Of a stretch of 64,000 bases of DNA, positions 57,358 through 64,000 are shown in pieces. Position 1 is the stretch's first letter. Each line of letters opens with the position of its first letter. The notes under the pieces are model-generated. The model was not told where the DNA came from and searched no databases. It saw only the letters and a program-made list of their open reading frames with translations. This DNA is from an uncultured virus (IMG/VR IMGVR_UViG_3300026453_000533). Its lineage: Duplodnaviria; Heunggongvirae; Uroviricota; Caudoviricetes. A program made the position numbers and the translations under genes. The stretch lies in the IMG/VR virus record IMGVR_UViG_3300026453_000533, positions 1 to 64,000 of that record; one strand, given 5' to 3'.

Positions 57358-58135
57358 ACAATTAAAAAGAATAGAAGATTACGAAAAGAACTTACCGATT
57401 GTAGAAGTTTATACTGCAGTACAGTCAGAAGGTTCAAGAGCAGGGTACCCAACTATAGTAATTAGAACTACTGGCTGTACCCATAGATGTTACTTTGGAG
57501 AAGGAGGCTGGTGTGATAGCTGGTATACTTCAATCCATCCAGAAAAAGGTCAATTTAATTTTAACGATATTATACAAAAGTATAAAGATAACCCCCATAT
57601 TAAAGAAATGATGCTAACAGGAGGTTCTCCTACAATGCATCCAGCTTTGGTAAACGAATTAACACACTTTGCAAATGAGAATAATATATTTATTACTATC
57701 GAAACTGAAGGTAGTCACTTTCTACCCACAGATTACCCTATTAATCTGCTATCTATTAGCCCTAAGTTTTCTAATTCTGTTCCAGTCATTGGCGTAGAGA
57801 CTCCTCAAGGAGGGATTACTGACGAAAGAATGATAAAGCAGCATAATAAGTTTAGACTTAATTATGATGCTATAGAAGAAAGTATCAATTACCACTCTGA
57901 CTATCATTTAAAACCTGTATGGGATGGTAAAGATGAAAAAGCTTTAGAGGAAATAATGACCTGTATTTACAGGTTAAAAATACCTAAAAGTAAGGTATGG
58001 TTTATGCCTGCAGGAGATTCAAGGGAAGCATTATTTAAATCTTATCCGGTATTATTTGATTGGGTTAGAGATAATGGTTATAGAATGACTTGGAGACCGC
58101 ATATCATTGCTTTTGAAGATCAACGTGAAGTATAA
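57347..58135 (+). CDS. queE: 7-carboxy-7-deazaguanine synthase (radical SAM)
   Basis: VQSEG..AG.P...IRT.GCTHRC......WCDS, LTGG.P, IETEG, SISPK. Confidence 0.9.
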   Translation: MSHKQLKRIEDYEKNLPIVEVYTAVQSEGSRAGYPTIVIRTTGCTHRCYFGEGGWCDSWYTSIHPEKGQFNFNDIIQKYKDNPHIKEMMLTGGSPTMHPALVNELTHFANENNIFITIETEGSHFLPTDYPINLLSISPKFSNSVPVIGVETPQGGITDERMIKQHNKFRLNYDAIEESINYHSDYHLKPVWDGKDEKALEEIMTCIYRLKIPKSKVWFMPAGDSREALFKSYPVLFDWVRDNGYRMTWRPHIIAFEDQREV

Positions 58136-58269
58136 TGACTAAAGACGAAGCTTTAGAGATATTAGAAGAAGTAGAAGAAAATATTAATACATGCTGTGCT
58201 ATTACTATGGAACCAGACGATGTACTAGTATTAATAGATAAACTAAAAATTTTTATAAATGAATTATAG
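58135..58269 (+). CDS. Small acidic hypothetical protein (44 aa, not in ORF track)
   Basis: TAATG coupling to queE; MTKDEALEILEEVEENINTCCAITMEP... Confidence 0.55.
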   Translation: MTKDEALEILEEVEENINTCCAITMEPDDVLVLIDKLKIFINEL

Positions 58270-58561
58270 TAATATTTTAGAAGATTTAGACCGTAAGGTG
58301 TACTTTTTAAATAGTCCTATTTGGGATTATAAACTATCTGGGAATACCTTAGAATTAATTACAATGGACTCCATACAGACCTTAGATTTGATGAACTTGG
58401 AAAATCATAGCTGTACTGTTAGGGAATTAGTAGAATATGTTAACGAAGAAGGTCTTGACTTCAAAGATATAAGAATCGTAAGTGAAGAAACAGGACAAGA
58501 AGTTGTTGACTATGCAATTAAGTATAACATAGTACATTTATCAACGTTAATATTAAAGTAA
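58259..58561 (+). CDS. Hypothetical protein
   Basis: In-operon ORF. Confidence 0.55.
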   Translation: MNYSNILEDLDRKVYFLNSPIWDYKLSGNTLELITMDSIQTLDLMNLENHSCTVRELVEYVNEEGLDFKDIRIVSEETGQEVVDYAIKYNIVHLSTLILK

Positions 58562-58564
58562 GAT

Positions 58565-58984
58565 ATGACTCCAAAAAAAGTATTCGTTACCTGGAACGAT
58601 ATAGACCACCAGGTAGAAAAATTAGCAAATAAAATTAAAAATGTAGATTACGTAGTAGGTATACCGAGAGGAGGTTTAGTAGTAGCAGTCATTATGTCTC
58701 ATAAACTGGGGATAAAGCACATAACTATAGACCATCTAGAAAAGTTAGAGGAGTTTAACCTTAATATAGATAAGAAAAAAATATTAATAGTGGATGATAT
58801 ATCCGACTCTGGACAGACCCTCAAACACTTTAAGAAACAGGGATACACAACAGCTACATTAGACGTAAGAAACACTACAGTAACAAAACCAGACTTCTAC
58901 TGCAATTGGTTAGAAACTACTGATTGGATCGTGTACCCATGGGAGAAAAAAGATTCAAAAACAATTCAAGATTATTTGGATTAA
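58565..58984 (+). CDS. Type I phosphoribosyltransferase (xanthine-guanine PRT-like)
   Basis: VVGIPRGGL, ILIVDDISDSGQTL PRPP loop, WIVYPWE. Confidence 0.9.
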   Translation: MTPKKVFVTWNDIDHQVEKLANKIKNVDYVVGIPRGGLVVAVIMSHKLGIKHITIDHLEKLEEFNLNIDKKKILIVDDISDSGQTLKHFKKQGYTTATLDVRNTTVTKPDFYCNWLETTDWIVYPWEKKDSKTIQDYLD

Positions 58985-59004
58985 TGAATAAAAGTTCTTA
59001 TATT
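58976..59004 (+). promoter_or_regulatory. TTG-N20-TATATT promoter for the folE operon
   Basis: Fixed spacing. Confidence 0.7.
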
Positions 59005-59016
59005 AAGTTATAGTAA

Positions 59017-59044
59017 TGAGTCGTAGAACCTCAATAAAAACATA
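59017..59044 (+). ncRNA. preQ1-I-like riboswitch aptamer (copy 2)
   Basis: P1 TGAG/CTCA, loop TCGTAGAAC, tail ATAAAAACATA; ends 9 nt before the folE ATG. Confidence 0.65.
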
Positions 59045-59053
59045 AATTATATT

Positions 59054-59767
59054 ATGCCAAAAAAGTTTATAAAAGGAACAGAATTAGTAAAAGCCGGTTT
59101 CGCTAACGGTATTTCAACTCAATTAGCAGAAAAACAAAAGCTGGAAGGACCAGAAGCAAGACTTACTGATCATGAAAAACAAGTAATTATAGAAAGAGCA
59201 GCAAAGGCTTATGCAGAGTTCCTTACCGCTTTAGGATGTGATTATGCAGCAGATCCTAACTCTGCAGATACACCATTTAGGGTAGCTAAAGCATATGTTA
59301 ACGATTTATGGGCTGGAAGATATAGCCCTTTAGATAAGATTACAGCTTTTCCTTCAGACGGGTATGACGGTATCGTACAAGAGAGTAACATACCAGTAAC
59401 GTCTATGTGTTCGCATCATCATCAAGCTATTAGAGGCACAGTAAGTATTGCTTATATAGCTTCAGAAGATGGTAAGGTAGTAGGACTATCTAAACTAAAT
59501 AGAATAGTAGAACAATTCGGTAGAAGAGGAGCTATTCAAGAGCAGTTAACTGTAGCTATACATAATGCAGTAGATAAGATATGTGAAGGCAATTTAGGAG
59601 TAGCAGTTCAAGTTAATGCAACTCACGCTTGTGTTTCCTGTAGAGGAGTTAAGCATGGAGGAGCATCAATGCAAACAGCTAAACTAACTGGAGCCTTTTT
59701 AGATGAACCATCAGCTAAAGCTGAGTTTTATAAGAATATAGAATTAGCAGAGAAATGCAATCATTAG
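59054..59767 (+). CDS. folE: GTP cyclohydrolase I
   Basis: TP.RVAK, SMCSHH, VVGLSKLNR, QEQLT, HACVSCRGV. Confidence 0.95.
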   Translation: MPKKFIKGTELVKAGFANGISTQLAEKQKLEGPEARLTDHEKQVIIERAAKAYAEFLTALGCDYAADPNSADTPFRVAKAYVNDLWAGRYSPLDKITAFPSDGYDGIVQESNIPVTSMCSHHHQAIRGTVSIAYIASEDGKVVGLSKLNRIVEQFGRRGAIQEQLTVAIHNAVDKICEGNLGVAVQVNATHACVSCRGVKHGGASMQTAKLTGAFLDEPSAKAEFYKNIELAEKCNH

Positions 59768-60198
59768 AACACGATGAAAGACCTTGGGGTTGCTACGATG
59801 TACTATTAGATACTGACTTTACTAAAGTTAAACTAATCACCGTAGCTCCAGGTAAGAGATTATCCTATCAGTCTCATGAGAAGAGACAAGAGCAATGGAC
59901 TCTAGTAAGTGGAGAGTTAACTGTCATTAGAGATGGTGATGAATACTCTCTAGATAATCCTGGTGAATCTATAACCATACCTTGCTGCAGTAAACATAGA
60001 GCTTGGAATAAAACTGATAAACCAGTACAATTTATAGAAGTGCAAACCGGAGATTATTTCGGAGAAGATGATATCATTAGATATCAAGACGATTGGGATC
60101 GTGGTATATACGATCATTTAGACGATTTAGTAGACAGAAAAGAAAAACAACTCATCAATAAAACAGATTGGTGGAAAAAAATGAGTAAAAATGGGTAA
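59755..60198 (+). CDS. Cupin (mannose-6-phosphate isomerase type II C-terminal-like)
   Basis: ERPWG.Y, LSYQSH..R.E.W, HR..N, IEVQTG.YFGEDDI.R..DD. Confidence 0.85.
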   Translation: MQSLEHDERPWGCYDVLLDTDFTKVKLITVAPGKRLSYQSHEKRQEQWTLVSGELTVIRDGDEYSLDNPGESITIPCCSKHRAWNKTDKPVQFIEVQTGDYFGEDDIIRYQDDWDRGIYDHLDDLVDRKEKQLINKTDWWKKMSKNG

Positions 60199-60694
60199 AC
60201 AACTATCATTATTCCGAGAAACAGATTACGTACCATTTGTTTCTGAAGTAGAAGAATTTAATGCCACATTTGGCAAACCAAATAACTATGAACCGACTAT
60301 ACCAGAGAAGAAAGAGTGGCAGTTCGTATATGACTTTATACTCGAAGAGCTTGAAGAATATAGAGAAGCGTGTGAGAACGGAGACATCGTTGAAGTTTTG
60401 GACGCTTTGTGCGACATTGCTTATGTTTCCCTTGGGAACGGTACTATGTTACACGGCCTTAAGGATAAGATATGGCCAGCATATCAAGAGGTACAGGCTT
60501 CTAATATGTCTAAAGCTTGTAAAACTGAAGAAGAAGCAAAAGAAACTGTCGCCGTCAGGTCTAAAGCTTATAATGAAGAATGTCATTATGAAAAAGTAGA
60601 AGACTTGTATATTGTATACAGAACAAGAGATAGAAAAGTAATGAAATCAGTTAATTACTTTAGACCTAATTTAAAAAAGTTTTTCAATGAGTAA
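60191..60694 (+). CDS. MazG-like NTP pyrophosphohydrolase
   Basis: EELEEY......DIVEVLDALCDIAYV, EVQASNMSK. Confidence 0.85.
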   Translation: MGKQLSLFRETDYVPFVSEVEEFNATFGKPNNYEPTIPEKKEWQFVYDFILEELEEYREACENGDIVEVLDALCDIAYVSLGNGTMLHGLKDKIWPAYQEVQASNMSKACKTEEEAKETVAVRSKAYNEECHYEKVEDLYIVYRTRDRKVMKSVNYFRPNLKKFFNE

Positions 60695-60887
60695 GGGTAC
60701 TAATTTAGAGGATTACATTATAACAGTAGACGGAAAAGAATATGTGCCGCTAGAAATTGCTCAACAGGCTGTCAAAGAAGTATTCACGTATGATAAAAAA
60801 CTTAATACGGAAATGAATAAATTAGACGGCTATGTAAGATATATTTCAAATATTTTAGACGATACGTTTAAGGAAGGTAAAGAGTAA
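60687..60887 (+). CDS. Hypothetical protein
   Basis: In-operon ORF overlapping the upstream stop. Confidence 0.55.
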   Translation: MSKGTNLEDYIITVDGKEYVPLEIAQQAVKEVFTYDKKLNTEMNKLDGYVRYISNILDDTFKEGKE

Positions 60888-60905
60888 AAATCAAAAATAA
60901 GTTAT

Positions 60906-61733
60906 ATGAATATAAAAATTGCACACGAAAGTCCTAAAAGTATTTTTGATGAAGTTCAAAAGTATACAGACTACGATTACGCTTTAGTACATTTATTTGA
61001 AGAAGATGAAGAATACTTGGCTCAATTTAAAAAAGCAGTAAGTAAAGGTAGAGAGGTTATTTTAGATAATTCTATTTTTGAATTAGAAGAAGCTTTCGAT
61101 GCAGATAAATTTAATAGATGGGTTAACGAACTTAAACCTTCCTGGTATATAGTTCCAGATGCTTTGGAAGATGCTCAAAAAACATGCGATCAGATGGAGG
61201 ATTGGATTAATAAAGGGTATGGATATAAGGGAAGCGGTAAAATAGGTGTAGTACAAGGTAAATCCTATGATGAAATTGTAGATTGCTACAACTATATGAA
61301 TAAATCAGCAGATGTAGATATGATAGCTATTTCTTTTGATTACTCGTACTACACACAGTCAGTTCCTCATGCTAACAAGTATGTTAGTTGGATGCTAGGA
61401 CGTGTTAAGCTACTAGGAGACTTACTTAGAGATGGAGTAATTAATCAAACTAAACCTCATCATCTCCTCGGCTGTGGGCTTCCTCAAGAATTTAGTTTTT
61501 ATAAGCACTCTGATTACGACTGGATATACTCTTTAGATACTTCAAATCCTGTAGTTCACGGTATTAAAAATATAACATATAGATCAGACGGATTATGGTC
61601 TAAAGAGAGACAAAAATTACATGAACTTATTAACTCTGATATATCAATAGAGCAATTAGGTACAATTAAAAATAATATACAAAAATTTAGATGGTTTACA
61701 AATGGGAGACAAACTTTGGATAGCATTCTTTAG
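60906..61733 (+). CDS. dpdA: TGT-fold 7-deazaguanine transglycosylase (DpdA-family, divergent)
   Basis: ILDNSIFE (cf. TGT DSGxF), PD, GVVQG, HHLLGCG, SLDTSNP; inside the que cluster. Confidence 0.7.
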   Translation: MNIKIAHESPKSIFDEVQKYTDYDYALVHLFEEDEEYLAQFKKAVSKGREVILDNSIFELEEAFDADKFNRWVNELKPSWYIVPDALEDAQKTCDQMEDWINKGYGYKGSGKIGVVQGKSYDEIVDCYNYMNKSADVDMIAISFDYSYYTQSVPHANKYVSWMLGRVKLLGDLLRDGVINQTKPHHLLGCGLPQEFSFYKHSDYDWIYSLDTSNPVVHGIKNITYRSDGLWSKERQKLHELINSDISIEQLGTIKNNIQKFRWFTNGRQTLDSIL

Positions 61734-62244
61734 TCAGACAGGGACTGAAATAGTAGATATAGCAAAGGCATTTGGTAGATGGCCTGATAAAATAATTACT
61801 AATCAAAGACCTGAGCATTTAAGAAAAATAAATGATGAATTACTCGATATGGATATTATTTTCCTGCCGAATAAACCATCAGTAGAGGATTATGATGTAG
61901 TGTTAGAAGATAATGCTTTAGTTACTTTACACGGGTGGTTAAGAGTTATGCCTCCTTCTATATGTAGAAAATACCTTATCTATAATGGGCATCCAGGGCT
62001 CATAACTGAATATCCAGAACTGAAAGGTAAAGATCCTCAAGTAAGAGCTTTCGAAGGTATTAAAGAAGGTAAATATCCTACAGCAGGTGCAGTATTGCAT
62101 AAAGTAGTAGCTGAGGTTGATGAAGGAAGAATTATTGCTGAAGAAAAATTTAATACTTTTCAGTTGGAATTAGATGATTTATTTCGTATATTAAGAGATA
62201 GAAGCTTGTATATGTGGTGCAATTTTTTGAGACAAATTTTATAG
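61702..62244 (+). CDS. PurN-like formyltransferase (candidate DpdN, preQ1 formyltransferase)
   Basis: FFSQTGTE (cf. SG.GSN), LHGWLRV, YNGHPGL, G.VLH.V...VDEG.II. Confidence 0.8.
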   Translation: MGDKLWIAFFSQTGTEIVDIAKAFGRWPDKIITNQRPEHLRKINDELLDMDIIFLPNKPSVEDYDVVLEDNALVTLHGWLRVMPPSICRKYLIYNGHPGLITEYPELKGKDPQVRAFEGIKEGKYPTAGAVLHKVVAEVDEGRIIAEEKFNTFQLELDDLFRILRDRSLYMWCNFLRQIL

Positions 62245-62247
62245 AAA

Positions 62248-62427
62248 ATGAATATAGATAAAGAATTTTATTTAGTAAGAAAAAGTGAAGGTAATTCATT
62301 TCAAAGATTAATGATGTTTTTTTTAGATCAAAATAAAAAATATGGTGCTGACTTTGGAATAGCAGGTATGTATAATACATTAAATAGGTTTTATGATAAC
62401 AAGAATAGCATTAGTAGGAGCAAGTAG
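62248..62427 (+). CDS. Possible small hypothetical protein (59 aa, not in ORF track)
   Basis: ATG 3 nt after the upstream stop; fills the gap but overlaps the next gene by 35 nt. Confidence 0.35.
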   Translation: MNIDKEFYLVRKSEGNSFQRLMMFFLDQNKKYGADFGIAGMYNTLNRFYDNKNSISRSK

Positions 62428-62911
62428 TACAGGTAAGACTACTGTTTATGAACTACTTAAAAATAAATTACCTAAATATGAATTCGTAAACGAATCTACT
62501 AGAACTGTTGGTAGTTATGGATTTCCTATCAACGAAGAAGGTACTTGTGCTACTCAGTTAGCTATTAGTAGCTTTCATTTAGAAGCTTTACTTCAACCTT
62601 ATAACTTAGTATTAGATAGATGTTATATGGATGTGGTAGTTTATACTAAGTTTATGAAAGGAGTAACTTCACATACTTACAGCTATATAGAAGATACTTG
62701 GAATAGGGTAAAAAATGAATATACTCATTATATTTACTTTCCTATTGAATTTGATTCTGTAGATGATGGAGTAAGAAGTATAAGTGAAGAATGGAGAAAA
62801 GAAGTAGATGATGAGTTTCAAGCAGTGTTAGAAGGTGTACGTCAGCCTTATCTCACTATAACTGGTTCTCCTATGCAAAGAGTAGAACAAATAATGGAAT
62901 TTATAAAATGA
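62393..62911 (+). CDS. P-loop nucleotide kinase-like protein (NadR/AAA_28-like)
   Basis: GASSTGKTT, E..R, LDRC.MD...Y, DDGVR. Confidence 0.8.
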   Translation: MITRIALVGASSTGKTTVYELLKNKLPKYEFVNESTRTVGSYGFPINEEGTCATQLAISSFHLEALLQPYNLVLDRCYMDVVVYTKFMKGVTSHTYSYIEDTWNRVKNEYTHYIYFPIEFDSVDDGVRSISEEWRKEVDDEFQAVLEGVRQPYLTITGSPMQRVEQIMEFIK

Positions 62912-63513
62912 ATAAATTAGAATCTTCAGAAAAATTATTATTATTTGCAATAATATTTTTTATAACAATATTTGTAACATCAACGTTAAATGCACAGATA
63001 GTAGAAACTGAAACATTTAAAGTAGAGTACGATCAAAAACTACAACAGCCATTATGGGTGGAGTATACTATAACTTGCCCTAACGGTAAGGAATCTAGAC
63101 ATGGAATGGATTTTTGGATTCCGGAAGGTTATGATACATCCGATAATGAGGACTATAAAAACAATATTTGGGATAAAGGACACCTTGCTCCTGCAGCTTC
63201 TTTTAGCTGTACTGAAGAATCCTTACGAAGCACGTTTTCTTACTTTAATTCTGCATTACAGCACGAAGGGTTAAATAGGGGACAGTGGAGTAGATTAGAA
63301 GCATTTGAAAGAGATGCAGCTAAATTTTTTAATACTGATATACATGTAAGAGTGGAGTTAGTATTTACAGACGAGTCAGAAGTATTAAGAACTGGTGCTA
63401 CGGTACCTTCTAGTTTTATTAAGACTATTACTATTGGCGATATTAAACGAAAATTTGTATTTCCTAATAGAGATACAAAAGGAACTAATTGGATTGATTA
63501 TATTAAAGAATAA
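62908..63513 (+). CDS. DNA/RNA non-specific endonuclease with N-terminal signal peptide
   Basis: WDKGHLAPA, TF.YFN..LQ...LNRG.W..LE; hydrophobic N-terminus ending LNA-Q. Confidence 0.88.
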   Translation: MNKLESSEKLLLFAIIFFITIFVTSTLNAQIVETETFKVEYDQKLQQPLWVEYTITCPNGKESRHGMDFWIPEGYDTSDNEDYKNNIWDKGHLAPAASFSCTEESLRSTFSYFNSALQHEGLNRGQWSRLEAFERDAAKFFNTDIHVRVELVFTDESEVLRTGATVPSSFIKTITIGDIKRKFVFPNRDTKGTNWIDYIKE

Positions 63514-63518
63514 AAAAA

Positions 63519-64000
63519 ATGGCAGAAGTTAAAAATTATCAAGAAGTAGTAGACATAGCGTCTAAACATTTAGGAAAAGTAGGAGGAGACGGGTATAAAG
63601 ATACCTACGCTCCAGAATTATTAGTTAAAGTACCTCGATACTTAAATAGAGAAGGTTACGGTTTGACAGATAAAGACTTTGTTGGAGTAGATACCTGGAA
63701 CTGTTACGAAGTTTCGGCTATTACTAGTAAAGGATTACCTGTAGCAGGTATGTTAAAAATAGTATGCCCTTCAGATTCTGAATATCACGTGGAATCTAAA
63801 TCTATTAAGCTATATTTAAATTCTTTTAATATGACTAGATTAGGAGATACAGCTGTAGAATGTATTTTAGAGATTGAGGGAAGGGTAAAAGCTGATTTAG
63901 ATAAGTTACTTGAAACTAATACTACTGTGAGTTTTTACACTGATTTAGATGATGGCAAAGAATTATCTTTTGAAGGATATACAGATTTAGGTGATATAGT
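63519..64000 (+). CDS. queF: preQ0 reductase (bimodular QueF), 3'-truncated by the window edge
   Basis: Translated by hand: MAEVKNY...LGK......Y.PELLV.VPR..NR...GVDTWNCYEVS.....GLP...VESKSIKLYLNSFN. Confidence 0.9.
   Translation, partial: MAEVKNYQEVVDIASKHLGKVGGDGYKDTYAPELLVKVPRYLNREGYGLTDKDFVGVDTWNCYEVSAITSKGLPVAGMLKIVCPSDSEYHVESKSIKLYLNSFNMTRLGDTAVECILEIEGRVKADLDKLLETNTTVSFYTDLDDGKELSFEGYTDLGDI

Noticed and set aside
60261..60599. Alternative + frame ORF inside the MazG-like gene (also 37911-38096 inside polA)
   Set aside because: Fully nested in motif-bearing genes, with no recognisable features.
1..64000. Stop-codon reassignment or alternative genetic code
   Set aside because: Conserved genes are full length under the standard code, TAA, TAG and TGA all end plausible ORFs, and coding density is high.
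1..64000. CRISPR array, integrase or transposase
   Set aside because: No regularly spaced repeat-spacer pattern and no recombinase or transposase motifs were seen.

Overview
A 64-kb segment of a large, AT-rich, T4-like myophage genome with essentially all genes on the + strand. A Bacteroidota (Flavobacteriia-type) host is inferred from promoter architecture, the lack of Shine-Dalgarno motifs and the tRNA-Ala sequence. Gene order: major capsid 3' end, phoH, neck/tail-completion genes, giant cadherin-like and fibre proteins (one with about 50 Cys), a sulfotransferase/glycosyltransferase/APS-kinase cassette, sheath, tube, a frameshifted tail chaperone, tape measure and baseplate. Then come a replication block with a short family-A polymerase, SSB, RecA, 5' exonuclease, helicase and class Ia RNR. 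Last is a 7-deazaguanine DNA-modification cluster: queC, queD, queE, folE, partial queF, a TGT/DpdA-like protein, a PurN-like formyltransferase, a PRTase, a MazG-like enzyme and a kinase. Top observations: (1) two covarying preQ1-I-like riboswitch aptamers between promoter and start codon of the queD/queE and folE operons, plus a third pseudoknot before queC, suggesting phage-encoded metabolite feedback on DNA hypermodification; (2) a putative virion glycosylation and sulfation system beside a Cys-studded tail fibre; (3) two clean promoter classes, TTG-N20-TATATT and TATTTATA; (4) a +1/-2 frameshift on a T7 run; (5) a three-way-junction RNA leader before the fibre gene. All protein calls come from motif recognition by eye; no database searches were run.
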